From positions 1 through 39,512 of the IMG/VR virus record IMGVR_UViG_3300006169_000164: DNA of 39,512 nucleotides, one strand, 5' to 3'. Made by a program: the position numbers and the translations under genes. Of this stretch, positions 26,552-35,907 are shown in pieces. The DNA is from a virus. Lineage: Duplodnaviria; Caudoviricetes. How positions within the stretch are numbered: position 1 is the stretch's first letter; each line of letters starts with the position of its first letter. The notes beneath the pieces were generated by a model. That model made no database searches. It was not told where the DNA came from and saw nothing but the letters and a program-made list of their open reading frames with translations.

Positions 26552-26895
26552 ACGGACTGTCCCGCTATGAGGCACTGATCGCCTGCCGCGACAAGGCTGG
26601 GTCCGATACCCAGATGGGACGTGACCTCGGCATCACGCAGCCGACCATGTGGCGCATCATCAACCAGACCAAGCAACTGCCCGACGTTCATGTTCTGCCG
26701 GCAGAACGCCTTTACGGCGTCTCCCGCCACGACCTGCGCCCTGACCTCTATCCGCGCGAATCCTGCGTCTGCAGCGCTTGCTGCGAAGCGATGGTCGACC
26801 GGGCCGCGGGCCTCCGTTTCCAGGGCATCGACCGCCGCGCGCGTAGCCGCGCCGACCGCCGGGTGATCGCCGAACGCTACGCGAGCGGGGGCTGA
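26545..26895 (+). CDS. cro: Cro-like (YdaS-type) HTH regulator
   Basis: GSDTQMGRDLGITQPTMWR HTH; GVSRHDLRPDLYP; divergent from cI. Confidence 0.85.
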   Translation: MNDGLSRYEALIACRDKAGSDTQMGRDLGITQPTMWRIINQTKQLPDVHVLPAERLYGVSRHDLRPDLYPRESCVCSACCEAMVDRAAGLRFQGIDRRARSRADRRVIAERYASGG

Positions 26896-27026
26896 CCCAT
26901 GCGGGAGGGGCTCGACCAATTCCGGCATTTTCCCCGTCAGGTGACCGTTGGCCGCGCCCTAGCGGCGCCGGTCGCCGAGTCACGCGGGAGCGCGTCTATG
27001 TCCTGTTTCGGGACGGGAGCGCGCAG

Positions 27027-27395
27027 ATGAACGCCACGCCGATCATCCGTGGACCGCTGATCGAGGCCGAGCTCGAGTTTCGCCTGCGCAGCGGCGGCGG
27101 GCCGGCGAAGGACAGCGCCTTCGTCACCTGCCCGAAGTGCGAGGCGCCATGCTTCATCCGCAAGTCGATGCGGATCACCGTGACCACCAAGCACCTGATC
27201 GCGCACTGCACCAATTCCGGGTGCGGCCACACCTTCAAGGCCGAAGTCGCGTTCATCCACTCGCTGGTCGAAGGCAACATCGCCCGGCCCGACCTCGACC
27301 TGCCGGTCTGCCCGCGCGAGCAGGTGCCGCACATCCTGCCGCCGGCGCGCGACGGACCCGACCCCGATCAGACCACCATGTTCGGCCCCGGCTGA
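27027..27395 (+). CDS. ogr: Ogr/Delta-like zinc-finger late activator
   Basis: CPKC...CTNSGCGHTF. Confidence 0.88.
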   Translation: MNATPIIRGPLIEAELEFRLRSGGGPAKDSAFVTCPKCEAPCFIRKSMRITVTTKHLIAHCTNSGCGHTFKAEVAFIHSLVEGNIARPDLDLPVCPREQVPHILPPARDGPDPDQTTMFGPG

Positions 27396-27470
27396 AATCG
27401 CCGGGGCCACAGCCCCGCCTCACCTTCCCGCAACTCCAGAACGGCCGCGCTCCGGCCGAGGAGGAAACGC

Positions 27471-27632
27471 ATGCCCGACGATCCCGACCATCGCCCCGTT
27501 CCCTTGGAGAACGCCCGCCCGGCCGCGATCGGCCACCTGCTGTTTGTCGGCGGCGCGGTGATGCTCGTGGTGGGCGCGTTCCTGCGGGGCGTCCACGACT
27601 TGTTCCTGGCGCTCTCCGAGGCGTTGTCGTGA
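27471..27632 (+). CDS. Small membrane protein (53 aa)
   Basis: GAGGA RBS; HLLFVGGAVMLVVGAFL TM; first of a chain of overlapped ORFs. Confidence 0.55.
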   Translation: MPDDPDHRPVPLENARPAAIGHLLFVGGAVMLVVGAFLRGVHDLFLALSEALS

Positions 27633-27721
27633 GGGCGCGGCAATTCGCCATCGTAGGCGGGCTGCTCGCGCTTTCCGCGCTCGGGTGGATCGTGACGCTG
27701 ACGCTGGCGGCGATCCGCTGA
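27629..27721 (+). CDS. 30-aa membrane peptide
   Basis: GTGA and TGATG overlaps; FAIVGGLLALSALGWIVTLTLAA. Confidence 0.5.
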   Translation: MRARQFAIVGGLLALSALGWIVTLTLAAIR

Positions 27722-27951
27722 TGGCCCACGACCCACTGCCTCGTGCGGTTCGCGACGTGCTGGACGAGTTCCCCGGCACCAGCGTGGTCCGCGCCCATCA
27801 GGTGGCGCGCGACCGCAAGCTGATGCGCGCCAAGGCCGCCCGGCAGGCGCGCCGCAACCTGTTCGGCGAGCTGCCCGCCGGCGGCATCGGCGAGCGCGCC
27901 CACGCGCTTCTCGCGAGCTTCGACGCGCTGGCACCCGGAGAAGGTCTTTGA
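27721..27951 (+). CDS. Hypothetical protein
   Basis: Coupled at both ends; MAHDPLPRAVRDVLDEF... Confidence 0.55.
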   Translation: MAHDPLPRAVRDVLDEFPGTSVVRAHQVARDRKLMRAKAARQARRNLFGELPAGGIGERAHALLASFDALAPGEGL

Positions 27952-28433
27952 CCACCGCGGCGCTTTGCCCCGGCTGCTCGACCGTCGCGCCGCTCGTCGC
28001 CACATTCGCGAACGGCAGGGGGTGGCGCGACCTGTGTCGTCCGTGCGGCGACGACGGCGCCGCGGGAGCCGCGCGCGCCTACACCGGTCCTAATCCGCTA
28101 TTGCCGCGCCGCCCGATCGTCATCGGCGTGGACCTCGCCGGCGGGCCTGACTTGCACGTCGAAGCGCTCATCGATGCGGGCGGGATCGTCGCGCTCGAGG
28201 AAGCCGAGGCCGCTGCTCCCGTCCCCGCGCCGCCGCCTCCGCGCCCCGCTTCGCCGCCATTGCCCGCACCGCCGCCGCCTCCGCGCCCCGCTTCGCCGCC
28301 ATTGCCCGCACCGCCGCCGGCTCCGGCTCCTCGCGCCGAGGGCATGTCCGTCCAGCGCCGCTGCCCCTCCTGCCGCCATTGGCGCGTGACCGCCTGCGAA
28401 TATTCGCGCTGCCCGCTGAAGGTGCCCGCCTGA
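27948..28433 (+). CDS. Cys-rich protein with proline-rich linker
   Basis: CPGC..CRPC, poly-Pro duplication, CPSC..C..C; TTGA and TGATG overlaps. Confidence 0.55.
   Translation: MTTAALCPGCSTVAPLVATFANGRGWRDLCRPCGDDGAAGAARAYTGPNPLLPRRPIVIGVDLAGGPDLHVEALIDAGGIVALEEAEAAAPVPAPPPPRPASPPLPAPPPPPRPASPPLPAPPPAPAPRAEGMSVQRRCPSCRHWRVTACEYSRCPLKVPA
28230..28313 (+). repeat. Exact in-frame 42-bp tandem duplication
   Basis: ccgccgcctccgcgccccgcttcgccgccattgcccgcaccg x2 (PPPPRPASPPLPAP). Confidence 0.9.
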
Positions 28434-28642
28434 TGGCCGACGACGTGGACCTGACCAACGAGCGGATCGAATCCGAACGCGGAGTAGCACTCTCTGCCGC
28501 ATCGGCGGCGGCCGCGGCGATCCCCGCCGGCGCGCCCGGCGAATGCGACGAGTGCGGCGACTTCATGCCGCGCCTGGTCAACGGCCGCTGCGCGCCGTGC
28601 CGCGATGGGCGCGCCCGCGCCTTCTCGACGGAGGCCCGGTGA
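28433..28642 (+). CDS. TraR/DksA-like C4 zinc-finger protein
   Basis: MADDVD N-terminus; CDECG...CAPC. Confidence 0.75.
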   Translation: MADDVDLTNERIESERGVALSAASAAAAAIPAGAPGECDECGDFMPRLVNGRCAPCRDGRARAFSTEAR

Positions 28643-31314
28643 ACCTCGAAGCCGAAATCCTCAAGGGCCTCCAGGACCGCTTCAAGTTCCGCAAAACGCG
28701 GGGCGAGTGGCTGCAGGAAGGTCAGTGCCCGCAGTGCCAGAAGTGGGAACTGTTCGCCGCGGCGAAGGACCCCAAGATCATCCGCTGCGGCCGGAGCGAC
28801 CGGTGCGGTTGGGAAGACACCGTCCGCAACCAGTTGCCCGACTTGTTCGAGGACTGGTCGAAGCGCTTCCCACCCGACGACGATAACCCGACCGCCGCCG
28901 CCGACGCCTACATGCTCCACGAGCGCGGGCTCGACCTCCGCTACTTGCGCGGCACTTACTCGCAAGAGCTGTTTCGGGACCGTGACAGCGGCCAGACCTC
29001 GGCGACGATCCGCTTCCCGATCGGCGACCCGATCAACGGCGCGTGGTGGGAACGCATCATCGACCGGCCCGGCCGGTTCGACCGCAAGGCGCACTTCAAA
29101 CCGAAGGCGAGCTGGAGCGGCCACTGCTGGATTCCGAACACCGTCACTATCGACACGTTGGCCAAGGCCGACGAAATCTGGATCACGGAGGGCATTTTCG
29201 ACGCAGCGGCGCTGACGCAAGTCGGGCTGGATGCGGTGTCGAACATGTCGACCAACCCCTATCCCGAGCACTTCCTCGCCGATTTGCGCGCAGCCTGCGC
29301 GGCCCAGAAGCGCGCCGACCGCCCCCGCCTGGTGTTCGCGTTCGATGTCGGCGCCGCCGGCGTCTACTACAGCAAGAAGCACATCGCTCGCGCCCGTCGG
29401 GAAGGGTGGGACGCCACTTGCGCCCAGGTTCGCCCGGACGGCGAAGGGACCAAGCTCGACTGGAACGACCTGCTGCTGCGGCACCAGGCGTGGAAGGGCG
29501 AGCCCGAGGGCGCGCCGCTTAGCGAGACCCAGCTCGAGGAGTACCTTCACAACGGCGCGTTGACGATCGCCGAGACGCCGATCGAGAAGGCGCGCCTGAT
29601 CGTCGACCGCGCCGAAAAGCAGGTGCGCCGCCTGATGGGCTTCGACTTCCGCCACGGCAACCGGCTGTGGTGGTGCTCGGTCAAGCCCGACGACGACGGC
29701 GGGCGGCAGCTCGACATTCGCGAGATCGCCAACTGCGCGTTCCGCCTGCTCTACCGCGAGCGCGACGAGATCGCCGACGAGACCCACTACTACCTGCAGA
29801 TCGATTTCCCGTTCGAGCAGGACACGGTCAAGGCGCGCTTCTCCAACGCCGCCTGCGCCAACTCGGCCGAGTTCAAGAAGCGGCTGATGGCCTTCGCCGG
29901 CATGTGGGCGGGCAGCGGCGAGCAGCTCGACCGGATCATGCGCGGCCAGACCCGGCGGCTCAAGAAGGTGGAGCCGATCCCCTTCACCGGCTACTCGGCC
30001 AAGCACCGCTGCTGGCTGCTCGGCGACCTGGCCGTTCACGGCGGCAGACTGATCAAGGCCAACGCCGAGGACTATTTCGACATCGGCCGCGCCGCCGTGA
30101 AGCTGCGCAGCGCCGAGCGCATGCTCGAGGTCGACTACGACGCCGATCGCATCGAGTTCAAATGGCTCGAGGATGTCTGGACCGCTTACGGGCCGAAGGG
30201 CCTCGTCGCCCTCGCCTTCTTCGTCATGTCGCTGTTCGCGGTGCAGATCCGCGAAAAGCACAAGTCGCTCGGCTTCCTCGAGATCACCGGCGACCCGGGT
30301 TCGGGCAAGTCGACGCTGATCGAGTTCCTGTGGAAGCTGCTCGGCCGGGCCGGGCACGAAGGCTTCGATCCGAACAAGGCCACCCGCGCCTTCCTTGCCC
30401 GCAGCCTGGTCAAGGTCTCGAACCTGCCGGTGGGGCTGATCGAGGGGCGGCGCGACGACGACGCCGGCCACGCCCGCCAGTTCGACTACAACGAACTGCT
30501 GGTGCTGTTCAACGGCCGCTCGCCGCGCGGCATCGGCCGCAAGAGCGGCGGCTTCGAAACCGACGAGCCGCCTTTCCTCGGCTCGATCTACCTCATGCAG
30601 AACGAGCGGATCGACGCGATACCGGCCGTGCTGGAGCGCCTGATGTCGATGAATATCGACAAGGCGCGCTGGAACGCCGCGACGCGCGCTTCGGCGGTCA
30701 AGCTGGAAGGTTGGCCGCTGGAGGACTTGTCGGGGACCATCGTCCACGTCGTCCGCAACGAGGCCAAGTACCTCCCCTTCTTCTTCGAGCGGTTCAACTA
30801 CCACGACGAGAACATGCCGAAGCGGGTCGAGGGTCTCTACAACGCCCGCCCGATCAAGTGCCACAGCCAGCTCGCCGCCGGCGTCGAAGCGCTGGCGCAC
30901 CTGTTCCCCGGCTGCCGGCAGGACTGGATCGACGAGACGCTCGAGCTGGTCGACCGCATGGCGATCGACCGGCAGCAGGCGGTCGGCGGCGATCATCCGC
31001 TGGTCGCGGACTTCTGGGAAAAGTTCGACTTCCTGCTCGGGCGCGAGGACGAAGCCACCCATGGCGAGGGCAAGAGCGTCAACCAGCACCGCAAGCGCGA
31101 AAGCCTGATCGCGGTCAACCTGCCCCACTTCGAGAGCCGCTGCCGCAGCGCCGGCCTCAACCCGCCGCAGATCGACAAGCTCCGCAAGCTGCTGCGCAAC
31201 AGCCAGTCGCGCAAGTGCGTCGGCGCGAACGCCTCGGTCAACAACCCCGCCGGCGTCACCGCCCGCTGTTGGGTCTTCGAACAGCCCCGGCGGGCGGAGG
31301 AACCCCTGATATGA
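28639..31314 (+). CDS. Zn-finger/TOPRIM primase fused to a P-loop helicase
   Basis: CPQC..CGRSDRC, ITEGIFDA, FAFD, DWND, Walker A GDPGSGKST. Confidence 0.9.
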   Translation: MNLEAEILKGLQDRFKFRKTRGEWLQEGQCPQCQKWELFAAAKDPKIIRCGRSDRCGWEDTVRNQLPDLFEDWSKRFPPDDDNPTAAADAYMLHERGLDLRYLRGTYSQELFRDRDSGQTSATIRFPIGDPINGAWWERIIDRPGRFDRKAHFKPKASWSGHCWIPNTVTIDTLAKADEIWITEGIFDAAALTQVGLDAVSNMSTNPYPEHFLADLRAACAAQKRADRPRLVFAFDVGAAGVYYSKKHIARARREGWDATCAQVRPDGEGTKLDWNDLLLRHQAWKGEPEGAPLSETQLEEYLHNGALTIAETPIEKARLIVDRAEKQVRRLMGFDFRHGNRLWWCSVKPDDDGGRQLDIREIANCAFRLLYRERDEIADETHYYLQIDFPFEQDTVKARFSNAACANSAEFKKRLMAFAGMWAGSGEQLDRIMRGQTRRLKKVEPIPFTGYSAKHRCWLLGDLAVHGGRLIKANAEDYFDIGRAAVKLRSAERMLEVDYDADRIEFKWLEDVWTAYGPKGLVALAFFVMSLFAVQIREKHKSLGFLEITGDPGSGKSTLIEFLWKLLGRAGHEGFDPNKATRAFLARSLVKVSNLPVGLIEGRRDDDAGHARQFDYNELLVLFNGRSPRGIGRKSGGFETDEPPFLGSIYLMQNERIDAIPAVLERLMSMNIDKARWNAATRASAVKLEGWPLEDLSGTIVHVVRNEAKYLPFFFERFNYHDENMPKRVEGLYNARPIKCHSQLAAGVEALAHLFPGCRQDWIDETLELVDRMAIDRQQAVGGDHPLVADFWEKFDFLLGREDEATHGEGKSVNQHRKRESLIAVNLPHFESRCRSAGLNPPQIDKLRKLLRNSQSRKCVGANASVNNPAGVTARCWVFEQPRRAEEPLI

Positions 31315-31811
31315 GCGCGACGAGCGTCTGGCAGGGCATTGCGTCCGAACACCCGCCGTGCCTGCGGCTCGACTATCCCGAGCTGCTGGAAATGGCGGAA
31401 GCGCTGGTTGAGAGTCGCCGCAAGCGCTTCCCCGACCTGGTACGCCGCCACGAGCTGTCCGCCCCCGAGGCCGCCCGCCAGCTCGCGCTGTTCGAGGAGA
31501 TCGCGGCCGACTGGCGCTGGATATGCACCGGCGAAGGCGAGCCGGCGGCTTACGCCACGATCGAAGCAAGGCGCGAGGCGCTCGACGAGAGCTTGCGCAC
31601 GGTCGCCGGAATTGCGCGCGGCCAAGGTGGCTTCGACGCGAAGCTCGAGCACCAGGCCCACTGCCTGATTGCGTTGCGCTGGCACCTCGAGCCCGAGCGG
31701 ATGACCCACGCGCTCGCCCGCCTCACTCACCAGTGCCGCGCTGCTGCGCCCGATCGGGTCGCTCCGAAAGCCCGTCCAGAGCCTGTCGAAGGAGAGACTG
31801 TCGATGCCTAA
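31311..31811 (+). CDS. Hypothetical protein
   Basis: ATGA overlap with the primase; RRKRFPDLV...IAADWRW. Confidence 0.7.
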   Translation: MSATSVWQGIASEHPPCLRLDYPELLEMAEALVESRRKRFPDLVRRHELSAPEAARQLALFEEIAADWRWICTGEGEPAAYATIEARREALDESLRTVAGIARGQGGFDAKLEHQAHCLIALRWHLEPERMTHALARLTHQCRAAAPDRVAPKARPEPVEGETVDA

Positions 31812-31950
31812 CATCCACCCTATCGCCTGCGGCTGCAAAGCATGCCGAGGACCCGATCGCGGCGCGCCGATCGCGCCCCGGCCCGACCGCCCCTTCCTGC
31901 TGCTGTCCGCCTTCGCGCTCGTCCTCGCGACGATCGCCGCGATGCTTTGA
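31804..31950 (+). CDS. 48-aa protein with CxCxxC and a C-terminal TM
   Basis: GGAG RBS; HPIACGCKAC; FLLLSAFALVLATIAAML. Confidence 0.55.
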   Translation: MPNIHPIACGCKACRGPDRGAPIAPRPDRPFLLLSAFALVLATIAAML

Positions 31951-31960
31951 GGAGCTTGCG

Positions 31961-32149
31961 ATGAAAACCGCCCCGCACACTTGGATTTGCGCGAAGTGCG
32001 ACAAGCACTTCCTCGGCACCGCTGCGTCGCCGCCGCCCGGATGGAAATGGCGCGGCGAGCTGCTGCTCTGCGACGACTGCTCGGCTCCGACGCCGCGCAG
32101 TGCGCCACGGCCAGCGGCCCTCGCGCAGATCGATGCGGTCGCGGCATGA
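31961..32149 (+). CDS. Small zinc-finger protein
   Basis: GAGGAG RBS; CAKC...PPGW...CDDC. Confidence 0.6.
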   Translation: MKTAPHTWICAKCDKHFLGTAASPPPGWKWRGELLLCDDCSAPTPRSAPRPAALAQIDAVAA

Positions 32150-32400
32150 ACGCCGCGATGCCGCCCGCCGATCGCCTCGATCCGGCCAACCTCGCGGCCG
32201 AACTCAACCCGGCCGAACGTGCCGTTCTGCTCGCCATGCCCGTCGATGAATGGGCCAAGGCGCCGGCCTTCGCCGAGACTCAATCGCTGCTGTTCGATCA
32301 CGGCATCCCGCTGATCGCCGCGAACGGAGACTGGGTCCGCACCACCCGCATCGGCTCCCGCGTCCAGCGCGAGCTGCAATCAGAAGGAAGCCCCGCATGA
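32146..32400 (+). CDS. Hypothetical protein
   Basis: ATGA overlaps at both ends. Confidence 0.55.
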   Translation: MNAAMPPADRLDPANLAAELNPAERAVLLAMPVDEWAKAPAFAETQSLLFDHGIPLIAANGDWVRTTRIGSRVQRELQSEGSPA

Positions 32401-32996
32401 CCCGGATTACGAATGCCGTTCGCGAACGCATGTGCACCGACCTGCTGAAGCGGCGCTTCGCGTCGGCCGGCGAGGCCCTCGGGCAAGAGAGCATGAACTT
32501 GTTTCAGCGCGTCTACGAGGACCGATACGACGACGAAGCGCGCCGGTTGATGGCGAAGCTAAAGCGCAAGTACCGGGATGCGTTCGCCCACAATCGGATG
32601 ATCGAGTGCCGAGCCGCAGGGTTTCGCGTCGATGTTGGCGCCGTGCGGCTCGGTCACGAGAAGGTTACGTTCACACCGAACGTGGAGCCGCGCCCGTTCC
32701 TCAATGGATGCGGCCGTGGCGACGGGTTCAAGTTCGCCGACTGCGAGATCAGCCAGGCTCTCCAGGACTTCGCCGCGCAGCAAGTCGCCTTCGTGAATGA
32801 CATCAAGGCGGCCCAGCGCGAGCTGATGGGTGCGCTCTCGGCCGTCAACACCGACCGGCAACTGGCCAAGCTTTGGCCGGAAGTGATGCCTACGCTCTCG
32901 CAGCACATGCCAGTGGCGTCCGGCTCCAACCTGCCCGCGGTGCAATTCTCGAAGCTGACCGAAGCCTTCGGGCTGTCGGCGGAGCCCGCGTCGTGA
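32397..32996 (+). CDS. Nmad5-like (nucleotide modification-associated domain 5) protein
   Basis: MTRITNAVRERM start and T.RQL...WPE...LPAV...L...FGL end resemble the Nmad5 family (recognition only). Confidence 0.6.
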   Translation: MTRITNAVRERMCTDLLKRRFASAGEALGQESMNLFQRVYEDRYDDEARRLMAKLKRKYRDAFAHNRMIECRAAGFRVDVGAVRLGHEKVTFTPNVEPRPFLNGCGRGDGFKFADCEISQALQDFAAQQVAFVNDIKAAQRELMGALSAVNTDRQLAKLWPEVMPTLSQHMPVASGSNLPAVQFSKLTEAFGLSAEPAS

Positions 32997-33514
32997 AGGC
33001 GCTGACCATCTGGCAGCCGTGGGCCTCGCTGATCATGGCTGGCGCCAAGCCGTACGAGTTTCGAGGTTGGCGCGCGCCGCGATCGATCGTCGGACAGCGG
33101 ATCGTCATCCATGCCGCCGCACACAAGATCGACCAGCGCGAGGTCGCCGATCTCGACGACTTGCTCCGCTTTTTCGACCGGGACGACGCGGTGGGAGCGG
33201 CCCTCGCCGCCGAGACGTGCCTGCATGCCAGCAAAGCGATCCCCATTCTAATCGCAGCGGCGAAGGGCGAGCTTCCGATGTCCGCCGGCCTCGGCACCGC
33301 CGTCCTCGGCGAGCCCCGCAACGGCTTCGACATCGCCGCCGAGTTCGGCGTCACCCGCGCCAACGACAGCGACCGGCACGAGCATGCCAATTGGGGATGG
33401 CCGCTGGCCGAGATCGAGGTCTGGCCGGAGCCGATCCCGATGCGCGGCGCGCAGGGCTTCTGGAATTGGCCGGAGCCGTCCGATGCGTTGTTGCTCGGAG
33501 CGGCGGGTGCATAG
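32993..33514 (+). CDS. ASCH domain protein
   Basis: KALTIWQPWASLI..GAKPYEFRGW, IVIHAA, PIPMRGAQGFW. Confidence 0.88.
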   Translation: MKALTIWQPWASLIMAGAKPYEFRGWRAPRSIVGQRIVIHAAAHKIDQREVADLDDLLRFFDRDDAVGAALAAETCLHASKAIPILIAAAKGELPMSAGLGTAVLGEPRNGFDIAAEFGVTRANDSDRHEHANWGWPLAEIEVWPEPIPMRGAQGFWNWPEPSDALLLGAAGA

Positions 33515-33516
33515 CG

Positions 33517-33762
33517 GTGACGACGCGCCACCATCGCTGCGACGTGCCGGGCTGCGAACGGCCGCGCAAGCGGTGGCAGCGGCTGTGCGAGCGGTGCTTC
33601 TCGACCCTGCCGCGCGACATCCGCGCCGGCATCCTCGAAGCGTACCAGCAGCGCCGCTTTCGGGATCACCGCGCCGCTTGCCGGCGGGCGAGGGATCACT
33701 TCGCGGAGATCGAGCAGCGCAACGCCGAGCCCCGGCCCCAACAGTGGTGGCAGCGGGACTGA
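33517..33762 (+). CDS. Small Cys-rich protein
   Basis: HRCDVPGC...LCERCF..LP. Confidence 0.55.
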   Translation: MTTRHHRCDVPGCERPRKRWQRLCERCFSTLPRDIRAGILEAYQQRRFRDHRAACRRARDHFAEIEQRNAEPRPQQWWQRD

Positions 33763-33767
33763 ACGCC

Positions 33768-33899
33768 ATGCTCGACTTCCTCGCCGACCGCCCCCGCCTC
33801 CTCGCCGCCGCCGGCCTCGCCGCCGGCGCCCTTCTCGCGCTCGTGCTCGGCCCCGGCCTCGCCGAGCTCATCGCCCACACCGTCGGAGCCCCCGCATGA
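33768..33899 (+). CDS. Small membrane protein (43 aa)
   Basis: LLAAAGLAAGALLALVLG; ATGA overlap with dcm. Confidence 0.5.
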   Translation: MLDFLADRPRLLAAAGLAAGALLALVLGPGLAELIAHTVGAPA

Positions 33900-35671
33900 C
33901 CCCTCGTGTTCAAATGATTCTCGATCGTCCTGGTTTGATCGTCGACAACTTCGCCGGCGGCGGCGGTGCGTCGACCGGGATCGAGGCGGCGATCGGCCGC
34001 TCCGTCGACATCGCCATCAATCACGATCCCGAAGCCATCGCGATGCACAAGGCCAACCACCCGAACACCCGGCACTACTGCCAGGACGTGTGGGAGGTCG
34101 ACCCGGTCGAGGCGACCCGCGGCGACGATGGGCGCCCGCAGCTCGTGCGGCTCGCGTGGTTCAGTCCGGACTGCAAACACTTCTCCAAGGCCAAGGGCGG
34201 CAAGCCCCGCGAGAAGAAAATCCGCGACCTTGCCTGGGTCGTTCACCGATGGGTCGAGGCCCTCCGGCCCTACGACGCCCACCCCGTCGTCATCATGCTC
34301 GAGAACGTCGAGGAGTTCCGCACCTGGGGGCCGCTGCTCGACGACGGCAAGCCCTGCCCGGCGCGCAAGGGCGAGACCTTCGCCGAGTGGTGCCAGCAGC
34401 TCCGCGATCACGGCTACGCGGTGCAGTGGCGGGAGTTGAAAGCTTGCGACTACGGCGCCCCGACGAGCCGCAAACGCCTGTTCCTGATCGCCCGCCGCGA
34501 CGGGGAGCCGATCGTCTGGCCCGAGCCCACCCACGGCCCGCTGCGCAGCCACCGCTACCGCACCGCCGCCGACATCATCGACTGGTCGCTGCCGTGCCCG
34601 TCCATCTTCGAGCGCGCCCGGCCGCTCAAAGATGCCACCTGCCGGCGCATCGCCACCGGCATCATGCGCTACGTGATCAACTGCCAGCGGCCCTTCATCC
34701 TCCCGATCACCCACACCGGCGGCGAGCGCGTCCACTCGATCGACGAGCCGCTGCGCACGATCACGACGGCCCAGCGCGGCGAGCTGGCTCTGATCTCCCC
34801 GCATGTCAGCACGATGCGAAATAGCGGGAAGCCGACCACCGCGGCCGGCGAACCGATGCACACGATCGTCGCCGACGGCGCGCACAAGACGCTCGTCTCG
34901 GCGGCGCTGGTGGGCGTCGGCGGAAGGCGCGGCCAGTCGGCACCGGCCGATGTAGAGCGGCCCTATCCCACCATCACCGCCAAAGCCGACGGCGCCATCG
35001 CGTCGGCGACATTGATCCAGACCGGTTACGGCGAACGCGAAGGGCAGCAGCCACGCGTTCCCGGCCTCGGCAAGCCGCTCGGCACGATCGTCGCCGGCGG
35101 CGGCAAGCATGCGCTCGTCGCCGCGTTCATGGCGCAGCACAACGCCGGCAACACGCCGAGGCCGAAGCGGATGGACGAGCCGGTCAGCACCATCACCGGC
35201 CGGGGAACGCAGCAGCAGCTCGTCACCAGCAACCTGATCAAGCTGCAGAACAACCAGGACGCCAAGCCGGTCGACGCGCCGATCGACACCGTTCTCGCCG
35301 GCGGCCAGCACTACGCCGAAGTCCGCGCTTTCCTGATCAAGTACTACGGCAACGAGCGCGACGGCCACACCCTGTTCGGCCCCCTCGGCACCGTCACCAC
35401 CCGCGACCGCTTCGGCGTCGTCACGGTCACGATCGACGGCGTCGACTACGCGATCTCGGACATCGGCATGCGCATGCTGACCGCCCCCGAGTTGTTCGCC
35501 GCACAGGGTTTTCCGTCTGATTACACGATCGACTTCGACTTCAACGGCAAGCCGCTGACCAAGACCGCGGCCGTCCGGATGGTCGGCAACAGCGTCTGCC
35601 CGCCGCTCCCGTCGGCCTTGGTGCGCGCCAACCTGCCGCAACTCTGTGAGCCGGAAAGGGTCGCGGCGTGA
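33896..35671 (+). CDS. dcm: C5 DNA cytosine methyltransferase
   Basis: DNFAGGGG (I), FSPDCKHFS (IV), ENV (VI), RKRLF (VIII), GNSV (X). Confidence 0.95.
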   Translation: MTPRVQMILDRPGLIVDNFAGGGGASTGIEAAIGRSVDIAINHDPEAIAMHKANHPNTRHYCQDVWEVDPVEATRGDDGRPQLVRLAWFSPDCKHFSKAKGGKPREKKIRDLAWVVHRWVEALRPYDAHPVVIMLENVEEFRTWGPLLDDGKPCPARKGETFAEWCQQLRDHGYAVQWRELKACDYGAPTSRKRLFLIARRDGEPIVWPEPTHGPLRSHRYRTAADIIDWSLPCPSIFERARPLKDATCRRIATGIMRYVINCQRPFILPITHTGGERVHSIDEPLRTITTAQRGELALISPHVSTMRNSGKPTTAAGEPMHTIVADGAHKTLVSAALVGVGGRRGQSAPADVERPYPTITAKADGAIASATLIQTGYGEREGQQPRVPGLGKPLGTIVAGGGKHALVAAFMAQHNAGNTPRPKRMDEPVSTITGRGTQQQLVTSNLIKLQNNQDAKPVDAPIDTVLAGGQHYAEVRAFLIKYYGNERDGHTLFGPLGTVTTRDRFGVVTVTIDGVDYAISDIGMRMLTAPELFAAQGFPSDYTIDFDFNGKPLTKTAAVRMVGNSVCPPLPSALVRANLPQLCEPERVAA

Positions 35672-35907
35672 TTGGAAGGCGGGCCTGGGATCGTGCAGTT
35701 TTCGTGCCGTCGGCAGGCGGCAAGCTTGCGCTGGTGGCGTCGGGAAATTGGCATAGCGGGCTTCCTCGCGAATCGAGCGAAGCCCTCATAGATACGCACC
35801 CGACTAAGGCTTCAATCAACATTCGCGGCCGCCGGTGCGCATTTCGGCTTCACGAGTCGCGTAGGCAACACACCCCTCCCGCGTTACCGCCGTCAGGTAG
35901 CGACTGA
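35668..35907 (+). CDS. Hypothetical protein
   Basis: GTGA and TGATG overlaps; atypical codon usage. Confidence 0.4.
   Translation: MIGRRAWDRAVFVPSAGGKLALVASGNWHSGLPRESSEALIDTHPTKASINIRGRRCAFRLHESRRQHTPPALPPSGSD

Noticed and set aside
26899-27030. 43-codon ORF between cro and ogr
   Set aside because: Overlaps the ogr ATG but has no clear RBS or motif; not supported enough to list as a feature
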